Source: a virus (taxonomy: Duplodnaviria > Caudoviricetes). Taken from it: a stretch of 64,000 nucleotides of DNA. The notes beneath the pieces were generated by a model. The model saw only the letters and a list, made by a program, of their open reading frames with translations. It was not told the DNA's origin and searched no databases. The position numbers and the translations under genes are program-made. Location: IMG/VR virus record IMGVR_UViG_2834368228_000004, positions 130,706 to 194,705 of that record. One strand, written 5' to 3'. Shown here piece by piece: positions 48,701 through 58,159 of the stretch (the stretch's first letter is position 1; the number at the start of each line of letters is the position of its first letter).

Positions 48701-50218
48701 GTAGGAAACGAATTTGTAGAAAACCATTGTCCAATTGAAATACATTTCAATCCTGAAGAACATAAGAAACCAGAACAACCTCCAGTTAATTCAGGAGAAG
48801 AAGATATCTATGAATGTATTCAAATCAATAAAATTTTTGTTCAGTATTATGATACAGACCAAAAGAGGTTGCGAATAAAAACAGTTGATTTAGATGATGC
48901 GTTTAAGACAAGTTATTCTTTCCGAATGAATGATAATCAAATTAATGCGATGATTGGATGGTATGAATATCTTCAAGGAGCATCTGTCAGTATTCTTTCT
49001 GATAATAATCAGCCACTACATGTAAGTTCTGTCGGAGCATTAATAAGAGATAAACAAGGTATCGTTCGAACCATCTGGGCAAATGGAACTCGTATAAAAA
49101 CAAATTTCATTGAAAAAGAAACATTAATGTATGGTCCTAAAAAAGAAGCCAGCAATCTAAGTTGGATTGCATCAAATGGAAGTGTTCTTTTGGATCAAGC
49201 TCCATATCTATACCGTGAACAGTCAGCCGTTGTCTTTTCATTTGAAAAGGAAGTAACTGAGAACTTGTGTTTATTAGATAATCCTATAGATGATTTACCT
49301 GATAAGCCATCTTTTGACTTGCTGCCACCGGTTATTCAAATTGATCCAATTGTAGATCCATTCTATTATCATAATTTAAATAATGAAACAATCTCTCTTA
49401 CAGGAAAGATTACTGATGAGACAGACTTAAATAATTGGATTCTACGAAGTCTTGAAAATAGCTGGGGAGAGACTTTTAATGAAAAGAAATTAGAAGTAAC
49501 TCTTAACTTGGATATTCCAATTAACATACCACCAATTGTAGAAGAGGTTGAAGAAAACAATAAGGTAGATATTGTTTTTGTTATGGATACGTCTGGTAGT
49601 ATGAGTGATGAGTTGGAAAATGTTAAAAGCAATATGAGTCAATTTATTAGTTTACTGAATAACAGAGATTTAGATGTACAAATTGGTTATGTTGGAAGTC
49701 GTTTCAATGAAAGCCAGTTGCGTAGAGACATGACTCCATCATCAGAATTTAACTTTAATGATTTAGCTTTAAACTCTGGTGCCTGGGAAACATTAAATTG
49801 GAGGCAAATAACAGATACAACATATGGTGCTGCCTCATTTTATGGTCAGCTTCGACCAGATGCAAAAAAACACATTGTACTAGTTACTGATACTTACATC
49901 AATACTGATCTAACAAATGATATTATTGATGATTTAAAAATGAGACAAATAACAGTTAGCGTCATTTGGAGGGTAGGAATTGAGGATGAACCTGACTATG
50001 CTCTAATTACTGACAGTACGAACGGATTATCAGCAGATATAAACAATCCCAATTTCTATGAAGAAATGGAAGGTCTGGCACAGAAAATCATTGATTCAAC
50101 TTCTCATATACCAGATAGCTCCCAGGTCATCATGATAGAAGCTGTTGATGAAGCGGGTAATAAGACAACTGAGAGCATTGTAGTTAACTTTACCGATTAT
50201 AATAACCCTAATAATTAG
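45752..50218 (+). CDS. Virion structural protein, family B, with C-terminal vWA domain
   Basis: VDIVFVMDTSGSM (MIDAS DxSxS) at about 49565-49603; LRPDAKKHIVLVTD; Pro/Asp-rich linkers. Confidence 0.72.
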   Translation: MMSTKNNDSRLLYLQARYHFEKAMKKFESGQIKNEPQLIQTVFQSFQSFFTEMGKPHMIPRYAEEEGPPWSEDYNNMMDEIKEDLILLFEEIDILGRSLYSHFNHNVMQEDIVEMEYQGVLDKLKDLEMYAGYSHEGVIRFGRDDFFNGFKIDYDRITGVPLELTSTGVSLPLSSEVKNVAESAKITIVPGNQKHDDYIIGSDSNGFPGNNNEVSMVSDDLLTGTTGYQFIGKDDNHGNYGTIIDGNPNTWFEYEKVNLRDHEKRKITKNLGWDYVVHGNKTLRFAEDPDNGVLRLHLQIVLEKEEIINQVNLNMYTPPNYGARPAIVKNILVSNETNAPVSILSGSKQDTDYSFRFDPMKAKVISVLLEQEHKYFTDLGHIFYEQKMNVDRSTDYVFETLSHKVKAEYAPRVDGPKVNLESLGVQVDVNETNIQAIYPFKQAEEIGYSIEDVTNDLLQQVDETTIESGVERFEGWRYCIGIRDIEILSCEYQDRGELVTKPYYFDKPVERIAISAQETIGNLLAKNSMMKYNWVKYFISIDDGKEWNPITPLEHEMIPEDPPKLYTIQHVSSEDEIIEEQYGYLETTQPIYSMRLKVVIERPEDEEFGVAMFQANENSNEIPNRYASSSLQQFSLQVQTYSVDEDNEASTFTVDHRDSGYESLPPVLPPDVIPTPPSEDVDEDDSGIPPGGGYDPSAPNDPVMINLNNNPEIFCYERSLSISGTVTSSLPITRLELRINNEYIDLSTVERYNLQLLNYSSTDENCIACQKQASDGVSMQNLQAFNSSDTQRVFNWNIPYKTLVELGLDIGDTAAIQIIAEDEESIDTETLHLLVEECPEPAECYELLSVIIHYFNEDVNEIRELELAKELLPYEHDNGEGVNITVGWDNELHAPVVMITDGYHEGENAFILHAVGIRYMDYDYEEQVIWSQNIARKSAGVINEDLMLGAPDSKDTSWLQEVSQGNYEFTPSLNRINDYVIMSVGNEFVENHCPIEIHFNPEEHKKPEQPPVNSGEEDIYECIQINKIFVQYYDTDQKRLRIKTVDLDDAFKTSYSFRMNDNQINAMIGWYEYLQGASVSILSDNNQPLHVSSVGALIRDKQGIVRTIWANGTRIKTNFIEKETLMYGPKKEASNLSWIASNGSVLLDQAPYLYREQSAVVFSFEKEVTENLCLLDNPIDDLPDKPSFDLLPPVIQIDPIVDPFYYHNLNNETISLTGKITDETDLNNWILRSLENSWGETFNEKKLEVTLNLDIPINIPPIVEEVEENNKVDIVFVMDTSGSMSDELENVKSNMSQFISLLNNRDLDVQIGYVGSRFNESQLRRDMTPSSEFNFNDLALNSGAWETLNWRQITDTTYGAASFYGQLRPDAKKHIVLVTDTYINTDLTNDIIDDLKMRQITVSVIWRVGIEDEPDYALITDSTNGLSADINNPNFYEEMEGLAQKIIDSTSHIPDSSQVIMIEAVDEAGNKTTESIVVNFTDYNNPNN

Positions 50219-50233
50219 AGAAGAGGATTAGCA

Positions 50234-52366
50234 ATGAGTATAGGTAGAATACAATTAAATCGAACAATAGAGAAAATTATAAAGCACTACTTGAATCATG
50301 GGCGCTATCCTTCTTTTCAAACAATCACATCACACTTAAGTTCGTGGCTCCGTAAGCATCATCCAGGAGCCCCTACTTTTAAGCCGAATAAGGCCAGAAA
50401 AAAGGAAGCGTCTAATCATAAATCATATAATCAAAACATTAAAGAAATCCATACAGACTTATCTGATGCTTATCAAGCAACAATTGGACACACGAAGCAG
50501 GTTATGGATAACTTCGATTATATTGAGACAGAACGTAAGAAGCTTAAGCATGATCTCCTATTATTAGAAAAGGATATCGATAAGTTGCTTATGCTTGAGA
50601 CAAACGTTGACTATCGTTACTTTGAGGGTGAAATAATTGGATTTGAAAATGCAAGCTATGTGAATCAAGAATTGAGTAGCATTTCATTGGACTTAGAAAA
50701 TCAAAAAGTAACTTTAAAAGATACAAATCATCTATCAAGTAAAATCAAAATCAATCCAAGTCTTGCGAGCTTCAAGACATTAATGCCAGCAAGTCGAACC
50801 GCTGCGCTAGAGAGCCTATCAAGAGCCTTTGACGATAAAAGCAATACTGCTTGGTGGGAGGTTGTGAAAACTAAAACACCTGGATCAACTGAAGATGAAT
50901 CAAGCAGCGGAATGCGAGCAGAATTAACTGTTCTCTTTGAAGAGGTAACTGTCGTAAATGAAATACGATATCTTCCACATCATGGAAAGACCGTCTCTAC
51001 CAAAATAGAATTCACAGCTGATGGAAGGTCATTCCACCCGCTCCCAGGAAACCATAACTTTAGAGATGTAACAGACTTAGAGGTCTGGGAATTTGATCCA
51101 ATAACCACAATTGGCTTTAAATTTATTTATGAGAAAAAAGAACATGATGACCGTTCTGCAGGACAATATCAATTTTACTTTGGAGCAAAAGATATTTCCT
51201 TCTTTCAAAAAAAATATGAATCAGAAGGCATATTGTATACAGAACCAATTGCTTTTAATATGCCCGTGCGTGTATTGAGTATGGAAGCGAATCATAGTCT
51301 TCCATCAGGAACAGCTGTCGATTATGAAGTAGCTGTCTATCGAAATGATAAAGTTGTTAATGAATTAAATTGGCATCCAATTAGCTCATTAGATGATGCA
51401 AATCCTAGATACAGTCAATACATCGAGTTTAATACAAAGTATTATCGAACCGCTCATATGCAAAAAGCAGAAGCAACCGGTGAAATTATAAACGGTATGA
51501 GGTTATTCCGCTTAATAAAGGATAATGGAGAACCTATTATTTCAGAGATATGGGATAGTGTTGAATTAGGAACTGAAAAAGAAACATTTGATAACATCAA
51601 AAATGCAAAGCTGTTTCGTGGAATTAATCAATGGAAAAGAGAAAGAATCTATACACCATTCAGTGGGGAAGTACCATTAAACCATGTATGGAATGACATA
51701 TACAATAAGCGACCAGAAAACATTAAAATTGATTACCTACCTATTAGTAATACATTAGATTTAACAGGATCCGAAGGTGGGAAGCGAGATAACTTTTTCC
51801 GATTCACAACCTGTGTCTATGTAGATGAAGAGAAAGTTCAACCGCTTAGTCTCTCACTCATTAAAACACTTTCTAATGGAATACGAAATCGATTAGGGAC
51901 CTATGCTGTCTATATTAATCAGCAACGTCAGAAAACAACACACGATGAAGTAACAATGACTTTAAATCCAGGTTGGAATGAAATTATGATTCTTTATCAC
52001 TGGGGAAATATGCAGGAGAGGAAAGACTTGCCTGCAGACATACTTCCAGATGAAACCTATCTAGGAAAATTTAATTTCTTAGATCAAACTAAAATTCGTG
52101 CTGATATACAACCAATGACATTCATTGAGAAGGACAGACTTTTTTATAATGTGTCTCCTAATAACCGGAGTTATTTCACAATACATGAAAGACAAGTAGT
52201 TTTAAATTACCTGCCAAGCAATTGTTTATTCCAATTTAGATATGAAGCAGACATCTCTGAGGAACTAGCCATGCAAGAATTAATCTTACGAGCTACTTTA
52301 AAAAGAAGCAATGGCAATTCCAATGCTACACCATCTATTAATCAATTAAAATTAAGAATCCGATGA
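50234..52366 (+). CDS. Virion structural protein, family B
   Basis: GAPTF..SYNQ..TDL; RAFDD..TAWW; TPSINQLKL. Confidence 0.65.
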   Translation: MSIGRIQLNRTIEKIIKHYLNHGRYPSFQTITSHLSSWLRKHHPGAPTFKPNKARKKEASNHKSYNQNIKEIHTDLSDAYQATIGHTKQVMDNFDYIETERKKLKHDLLLLEKDIDKLLMLETNVDYRYFEGEIIGFENASYVNQELSSISLDLENQKVTLKDTNHLSSKIKINPSLASFKTLMPASRTAALESLSRAFDDKSNTAWWEVVKTKTPGSTEDESSSGMRAELTVLFEEVTVVNEIRYLPHHGKTVSTKIEFTADGRSFHPLPGNHNFRDVTDLEVWEFDPITTIGFKFIYEKKEHDDRSAGQYQFYFGAKDISFFQKKYESEGILYTEPIAFNMPVRVLSMEANHSLPSGTAVDYEVAVYRNDKVVNELNWHPISSLDDANPRYSQYIEFNTKYYRTAHMQKAEATGEIINGMRLFRLIKDNGEPIISEIWDSVELGTEKETFDNIKNAKLFRGINQWKRERIYTPFSGEVPLNHVWNDIYNKRPENIKIDYLPISNTLDLTGSEGGKRDNFFRFTTCVYVDEEKVQPLSLSLIKTLSNGIRNRLGTYAVYINQQRQKTTHDEVTMTLNPGWNEIMILYHWGNMQERKDLPADILPDETYLGKFNFLDQTKIRADIQPMTFIEKDRLFYNVSPNNRSYFTIHERQVVLNYLPSNCLFQFRYEADISEELAMQELILRATLKRSNGNSNATPSINQLKLRIR

Positions 52367-52367
52367 G

Positions 52368-53300
52368 GTGAAACAGATGCAGCAAGTCACTATACAAAGT
52401 AACAATACTATTATAATCGGCAAAGACACAAAGCTTACTGCTCAAGAAATGATATCGAAAGAAGTAAAGAGTTTTAAGTGGAGCTTTGACAATATAGCTC
52501 TGATTGAAAAAGAAAGTAATAAATCTTCCTTAACCATTGAACCACTATTGTCAGGTAGCTATTCTATTCAATATCAGGCAATCGTAGAAATAGATAGTAA
52601 CCAAATTAATTATGAAGGAAAACTAACGATAGAAGTAAATAAAGAAATAGCAATAAAAACCAATATTGAACAACCTAAAGAGATAATTGAAGAAGAGGGC
52701 AAGGATGTCAATCCTTATCATGCCCTCTTAACAGAACATATTCCAACGACTGAAGGACAGCTTCCTCATGTTATAAAAAGAAATGCTCGTTATCGGGGAC
52801 CAAGAGAATCTGATAAGGTATTGAATCGTAACTATGAACAAGCTTTTGACTTGCGAAAACACACAAAAATAATTGAAAATCAAACAGATTTGTTAAATAA
52901 GTCTTTGGATATTTGGTTTCTTGGTGAATTGGGAGATAAAACCATTAATCGTGCAATAAAAGCAGAGAATGTATATCAGGCATCTTCTCAGCAGTCAAGA
53001 TACGGACTTAACAGTTCAGAGCTTGTAAGCGGATATAGGGATATTGTGGTAAAATTAAATAATGAGCTTGTTGACACTTCACATTATTCTATTGAAGGAA
53101 ATGATTTAATTATTGATATAAATGCTGCAGGAATTACAGAAGAGACAGCTGTTCTTCATATTAGCTATGATGTAATTATTACAATCAAAGAAGAAGAAAT
53201 TCAAGGACTTCATGCTTTGATGAGTAGATTTTCAAATATTGATGAGCGGATTTCTGAAATGAAAAGGAGGTATATGACATATGAAAATGCCTATCAGTAA
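52368..53300 (+). CDS. Virion structural protein (family B-related)
   Basis: ARYRGPRES motif shared with 53281. Confidence 0.55.
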   Translation: MKQMQQVTIQSNNTIIIGKDTKLTAQEMISKEVKSFKWSFDNIALIEKESNKSSLTIEPLLSGSYSIQYQAIVEIDSNQINYEGKLTIEVNKEIAIKTNIEQPKEIIEEEGKDVNPYHALLTEHIPTTEGQLPHVIKRNARYRGPRESDKVLNRNYEQAFDLRKHTKIIENQTDLLNKSLDIWFLGELGDKTINRAIKAENVYQASSQQSRYGLNSSELVSGYRDIVVKLNNELVDTSHYSIEGNDLIIDINAAGITEETAVLHISYDVIITIKEEEIQGLHALMSRFSNIDERISEMKRRYMTYENAYQ

Positions 53301-54519
53301 GCCTGGCAAAGCACGATTTAGAGGGCCAACATCATCTAATGACTACAATGTAACAGAAGACGACTTATATCTTGATTTATTGAATCTGTTTCAAGAAAGT
53401 AATAATAATAAAAATAAACTAAGAGAAGCATTTCAAGCTATTCTTGCAGAAAATATTGCTTTACAGAACTACGCTGAAAAGCTTGAGAGTGAATTGAATG
53501 AGCTAGAGGTAAAGCTAAATGTTATTGATAAAAGAAATGAGTTTTACAATGGTCGCTTCTTTAAAACAGGTTTTGTATCCGATATGCGCACTGAGTATTT
53601 GCTAGCAGATCAGAATGAAAATGATACAGGCTTGCGAGGGGAAATCGATATTCATCATCGTTTTGCTACGCTGCCATTGATTAGTCAAACACCTAAAACA
53701 CATGTATTAGATAAAAACAATAACATCATTGTGCCCGATTCATTAGAAGTTGAAGTTACAAGTCAAACAAATGGTGACGTAGAGGAAAACAATATTATGA
53801 ATGCCTTTAATGGTGATAAGCACTCATACTGGAGAAGAGAGGTGTCTTATGATCCTTTATCTGCTCCACAGAAAGAATCTGTCACTATAGAAGTAAACAT
53901 TCCCTCTAATTTAGTGAATAATTTAAATATCAACACCATCAACATCAACCCTCATCCAGAGAGAGGAGTTGAAATAACAAATGTAGAAATGCATTACAAT
54001 AACGCTTGGGCTACAATTGACGGATTCAGACAGGATGAACTATCAGATACTCGTCAATTATCTCCAAAACGAAAGTGGTATTTTGCAAGTAGGCCGGTTC
54101 AAAGGATCAGGATTACATTGACACAGCACTATCCTTTACAAGTTGGAGAAAAAAAGGTATTTGTAATAGGTGCACAAGATATTGGTATTCATCTAAGTTC
54201 ATTCGATACAAATGGTGGTTTTGTTTTAGTCCCAGTCAATATGGCAGATGTAGGTATGTACTCTATCGATAGTGTAGAGCCAATCTTCTTAAATGAAAGA
54301 GCATTGAGTTATTCTAAAGTTTTAGATGATCTTGAAGGGAATATTTACGACTTCAGCATTCTTAAAGAACAAAATGGATATCTGCAAGCAATAGGAGAAA
54401 GTGAATGGACGAATCAAATCAGTAAGCAGCTATGGGTTAAAATACACTTATATCCAGACCCAAATAATGGAGTCAATCCATGTCTACACGCTTTGCGATT
54501 ACATTATTCTAAAGTATAA
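53281..54519 (+). CDS. Virion structural protein, family B
   Basis: ARFRGPTSSNDYN..DL; NAFNGD..SYW; NPCLHALRL. Confidence 0.65.
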   Translation: MKMPISKPGKARFRGPTSSNDYNVTEDDLYLDLLNLFQESNNNKNKLREAFQAILAENIALQNYAEKLESELNELEVKLNVIDKRNEFYNGRFFKTGFVSDMRTEYLLADQNENDTGLRGEIDIHHRFATLPLISQTPKTHVLDKNNNIIVPDSLEVEVTSQTNGDVEENNIMNAFNGDKHSYWRREVSYDPLSAPQKESVTIEVNIPSNLVNNLNINTININPHPERGVEITNVEMHYNNAWATIDGFRQDELSDTRQLSPKRKWYFASRPVQRIRITLTQHYPLQVGEKKVFVIGAQDIGIHLSSFDTNGGFVLVPVNMADVGMYSIDSVEPIFLNERALSYSKVLDDLEGNIYDFSILKEQNGYLQAIGESEWTNQISKQLWVKIHLYPDPNNGVNPCLHALRLHYSKV

Positions 54520-54549
54520 GTACGAAGTTTATTAGAGAGGAGGATAATT

Positions 54550-55047
54550 ATGTTACGTTTTTCATTTGAGCGTATCTTTTCTGTCAGCAATCTGACACCA
54601 GAAGCCGGAGCACTTACATCTTTAGGATTGATATTTGGTCCCTTTATTAATTACTTCTACGGAGATGGGAGGGGACACTTCATCACAGCTTTATCTATGA
54701 TTATTTTAATGGATTGGATAACAGGTGTCATTGCTTCTAGAAAAGATGGCACGTATACATCAGAATACGGCATTGAAGGCATATTTAGAACCATGGTTAT
54801 TCTGATGTTGCCAGCATTAGCGAATTTCCTTGATAAAATGTTAGGTACACCAGGATTCCTGTTCTACGGTATAACATTTGGTCTATCATACCATATCTTA
54901 CAGAGTTTTATTGCAAATTCCGTAAGAGCAAAGTGGGATAAATGGATTCCAAATAGTGTGATTGAAAAAGCAGCTTCTGAAATTAAAGCAAAAACAATTA
55001 GAGCTGAAAAAAGAAAGTCAGTTATTGAGCAATCTGAAGGTAAATAG
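54550..55047 (+). CDS. Holin (phage holin 4 / TcdE-like)
   Basis: Several TM segments, MDWITGVIAS motif, basic C-terminal tail. Confidence 0.75.
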   Translation: MLRFSFERIFSVSNLTPEAGALTSLGLIFGPFINYFYGDGRGHFITALSMIILMDWITGVIASRKDGTYTSEYGIEGIFRTMVILMLPALANFLDKMLGTPGFLFYGITFGLSYHILQSFIANSVRAKWDKWIPNSVIEKAASEIKAKTIRAEKRKSVIEQSEGK

Positions 55048-55073
55048 CTCAATTCGTAGAAATAACAAGCATT

Positions 55074-55159
55074 TGAAATGCATTACAAAATATTTGCAAA
55101 TAAATCTTGCTATAGGTGTTTGTATCTGTTAATATAGGAAATGTAATACATTACATTTC
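55074..55159 (+). promoter_or_regulatory. sigmaA-like promoter of the replication module, flanked by two palindromic operators
   Basis: TGAAATGCATTACA at 55074-55087; TTGCTA(55107)-17bp-TAATAT(55130) with TG extension; GAAATGTAAT-AC-ATTACATTTC at 55138-55159. Confidence 0.65.
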
Positions 55160-55184
55160 GAATAAAACAGGAGTGAATGATGAT

Positions 55185-56372
55185 ATGAATAATGTAGCAG
55201 ACCGTTTTTTACCACAAACGTTAGAAGATATTACAACAGTTAAAAAAAGATTAAAAGAATGTAAAGAAGAATGGCTAGAAACGAAGCCAGGAAGAGGACA
55301 AAAATATATAGGTCATAACACAGCAAGACAGATTCTTGATAATGCAGTAAAAGATATTACATATTGGGATTTTGGCATTATCAAGCAATGGAAAGAAGAA
55401 GTAAATGCTTATAACAAAAACCAGAACCAATGGTATTTTGATGGATATGTATATCATGTTCAAGGTTATATGTACATTCCTGGAATAGGAAGAAGAGAGC
55501 AGTTCGGTTCTAAAGTCGCTATAGGTGGAAAAGATAACCAAGACTCTGCATATAAGGCAGCTACATCTAATTGTTTCACAAAGTGTGCTTCCATGTTCGG
55601 AGTAGGAGAAGATATTTACTCTAAGATTAAAGTTCAAGATGAACAAGAAGTTCAACAAGCGGCTTATCAACAGCAGCAACAATGGGGTCAACAAGCACAG
55701 CAACAACAAAACTACAACCAACAGCAAAATTATCAACAGAATTATCAACAACAACCACAACAGTGGAATCAGCAGACCCAACAGCAAATGCAACAGCAAC
55801 CAATGCAAGAGACACAACAAGTACAACAGCAGCAGGGGTTTAATCAAAATCAGCAATGGGGTGCAAACCCAAATTTTCATAATGGCCAACAGCAATATAA
55901 TCAGCAACAAGAATCACCTGCTGTTGGCCCAATAAATCAGAATGATTTATTAGCAGTTGACAGATCGGTTTACAACAATCAGGTGGAAGTCCCTTTTGAG
56001 AATGTGCAACAGCAGCAGTATCAAGCTGAAGCGAAACCAGAAGCGGAACAAAGTCAGTATCAAGCAATCGAGCAACAGCCAGCAAAAGAAGTATCTTACG
56101 GAGCACCTGTAGATGTTGAGAAGACTGAAAAAACAGAAAACAAACCAAGCGGAGAAGCTCCAACAACTGGAACTAATCCATGGCAAGAGCAAGGTGTTAT
56201 TGTAGAGTTGCAAAAATATGCACAGCATAAAGCTCGTTTAAATGCGGAGGATGACGAAAAGATGATTCCTTATTTGAGGGATTACTTTAAAGATGAGAGT
56301 GCAACATTCTCCACTATTACGCCAGAGAATTTACCTGCATTCAATGTTTACTTAGAGAATATTTCGGTTTAA
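55185..56372 (+). CDS. Rad52/Sak-family single-strand annealing protein with Q/N-rich linker
   Basis: KYIGHNTARQILD..WDFGI..AYKAATSNCFTKCASMFGVGEDIY is a Rad52/22-like signature. Start moved to ATG 55185 (AGGAGTG RBS). Confidence 0.8.
   Translation: MNNVADRFLPQTLEDITTVKKRLKECKEEWLETKPGRGQKYIGHNTARQILDNAVKDITYWDFGIIKQWKEEVNAYNKNQNQWYFDGYVYHVQGYMYIPGIGRREQFGSKVAIGGKDNQDSAYKAATSNCFTKCASMFGVGEDIYSKIKVQDEQEVQQAAYQQQQQWGQQAQQQQNYNQQQNYQQNYQQQPQQWNQQTQQQMQQQPMQETQQVQQQQGFNQNQQWGANPNFHNGQQQYNQQQESPAVGPINQNDLLAVDRSVYNNQVEVPFENVQQQQYQAEAKPEAEQSQYQAIEQQPAKEVSYGAPVDVEKTEKTENKPSGEAPTTGTNPWQEQGVIVELQKYAQHKARLNAEDDEKMIPYLRDYFKDESATFSTITPENLPAFNVYLENISV
55640..56080 (+). repeat. Low-complexity CAA/CAG-rich coding tract (polyQ/N)
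   Basis: Encodes QQQQQWGQQAQQQQNYNQQQNYQQNYQQQ... Confidence 0.85.
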
Positions 56373-56381
56373 GAAGGTGAA

Positions 56382-57056
56382 ATGATGAATCAAATTTATG
56401 ACCTTGCTTACTATTTTACAGTAAATGTTCTAAGAAAACCGGAGCACAATACAGCTCGTATTCATAATGCTTGTCAATCAATACAGAATCTTTGTGGAGT
56501 AGGGTGGACCTTAGACGCATTAAAGGCAGAAATTGATGCATTTCAAAGAGACTATCCTTCACTTCTAGCAAATATTTATCATTTAGAAGAAGTGATAGGA
56601 AATAAAAAGCCACCAAATAACTTAATTGAAGAAGATGTGTTTTATTATCATAATCATTTGAGAATAACATCATCTCCAAGTAAGCTGGTTCTAAATAAAG
56701 AGACACGTCAATACGAACGGGTAGAAGAAGAGTTCTTTCTTGAAATGAAAGCATTCTTTACAATCGAAGACTTATTAAAATACTGGTATGAATCAAACGG
56801 AATGAGATCGACCAACCATCATATAAAACAAGATACCGGTCGTTTCAAATATCTGTTAGATTTTTACGACATAGATGAAGTATTATTTATGATTGATATT
56901 GCACAGCAGCAACGTGCTTTATTTGACTTAAGGCCTTTAACCAATGCTTTTCAATTAGAAAAATATGTAGAAGATGCAAGAAAAAAGATCAAAGAAAAAC
57001 AAAACATACACTTATTGAAAGGGATTAATCATGTTATACCAAGAAAGGTAGTGTAA
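56382..57056 (+). CDS. Hypothetical replication-module protein
   Basis: ORF between Sak and the primase; RBS AAGGTG. Confidence 0.6.
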   Translation: MMNQIYDLAYYFTVNVLRKPEHNTARIHNACQSIQNLCGVGWTLDALKAEIDAFQRDYPSLLANIYHLEEVIGNKKPPNNLIEEDVFYYHNHLRITSSPSKLVLNKETRQYERVEEEFFLEMKAFFTIEDLLKYWYESNGMRSTNHHIKQDTGRFKYLLDFYDIDEVLFMIDIAQQQRALFDLRPLTNAFQLEKYVEDARKKIKEKQNIHLLKGINHVIPRKVV

Positions 57057-57058
57057 TT

Positions 57059-58159
57059 GTGGGGGAGCAAGAAAATATATTTGTGGAATGTGGAGCAGAT
57101 CTGAATCACTTTAAGTATAAGTTTAGAAGAAAGCAGTTTATGTGGCCAAGTCAAACTGAATTATTCCGTCAGCATTATAATAATATCGGTGTATACCAAA
57201 CTGTCATGCATTACATTGACCCAGTATGGATGCAAGATGATAAAGGTAAAGTGGTTATAGATGCAGCAAAAAGCTTGAAGTTTGGGAATTTCTATCTAGA
57301 TTTTGATTATCCAATCACCAGTGATGAAGATTACCAAAAAATTAAAGCAGATGTATTGAAGGCGATCCGTTATTTAACAATTATCTTATCAATTGATATT
57401 AGTCAGATTCAATTCTTCTTCAGTGGAAATAAAGGGATTCACTTAGTAGTTGATGCTGCAGTGATGGGGTTAAAACCACATCAAGCATTAAATGAGGTAT
57501 ATCGAGACATCGCAAAAGACATTGCTAAGTTTTGTGAAAATGAAACAATAGATTTACGTGTATATGACAATAAACGTATGTTTCGAATGCCGAATAGTGT
57601 AAATAAAAAAAGTGGTCTATATAAAGTACCTTTAACTGTAAAGGAATTTAAAGAATGCAAGTACCAGGACATATTGGAAATAGCAAAAAGTCCAAGAGAA
57701 ATTAAAGCACCAACAGTCATCTTTTCTCCAAAAGCAAAGCAAGCTTTTGAAAAGTATGTGGACTCTTGGACAGAGAGATTAGAGAACGTTGAAAAGTTTG
57801 ATGGAAAAATTAAAGAGTTAAAAGTATTACCGCCATGTATTAAGCGCATGCAAGAAAAGGTGTTTAAAGAAACCATTGATGAGCGTAACAACAGTGCAAC
57901 TGCATTAACGAATTTCTACTTCCAGCAAGGAATGGAAAAAGAAGAAGCGCTTCATCGTATGACGATATGGGGAGAAGAGAATTGTGTTCCTTCTCTTAAA
58001 AGAAATGAAATTGAAGTAGTTGTAAACTCTGTGTATCGTGGACATTATCGTTATGGATGTCAGACATTTAAAGAGCTAAGCGGGGTGTGCGAGCGTGAAA
58101 TATGTCCACTGTTTAATGATGCTTTTAATGTAAGTGAGGGGGAACAAAATGCAGAATGA
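57059..58159 (+). CDS. Archaeo-eukaryotic-type primase with PriL-like Cys-cluster C-terminal domain
   Basis: AEP motifs YLDFD, SGNKGIH, DLRVYD..RMFRMP; C-terminal LPPC..GC..C..CP. Confidence 0.78.
   Translation: MGEQENIFVECGADLNHFKYKFRRKQFMWPSQTELFRQHYNNIGVYQTVMHYIDPVWMQDDKGKVVIDAAKSLKFGNFYLDFDYPITSDEDYQKIKADVLKAIRYLTIILSIDISQIQFFFSGNKGIHLVVDAAVMGLKPHQALNEVYRDIAKDIAKFCENETIDLRVYDNKRMFRMPNSVNKKSGLYKVPLTVKEFKECKYQDILEIAKSPREIKAPTVIFSPKAKQAFEKYVDSWTERLENVEKFDGKIKELKVLPPCIKRMQEKVFKETIDERNNSATALTNFYFQQGMEKEEALHRMTIWGEENCVPSLKRNEIEVVVNSVYRGHYRYGCQTFKELSGVCEREICPLFNDAFNVSEGEQNAE

Noticed and set aside
6800-54519. Extracellular contractile injection system or tailocin instead of a phage
   Set aside because: The region is contiguous with primase, helicase, Sak and RNR genes sharing the same palindrome, which fits a replicating phage. 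Head genes are presumably outside the window.
55275-56228. Several overlapping antisense or alternative-frame ORFs, including a 211-aa Leu-rich one
   Set aside because: They are shadows of the CAA/CAG polyQ tract in the Sak gene.
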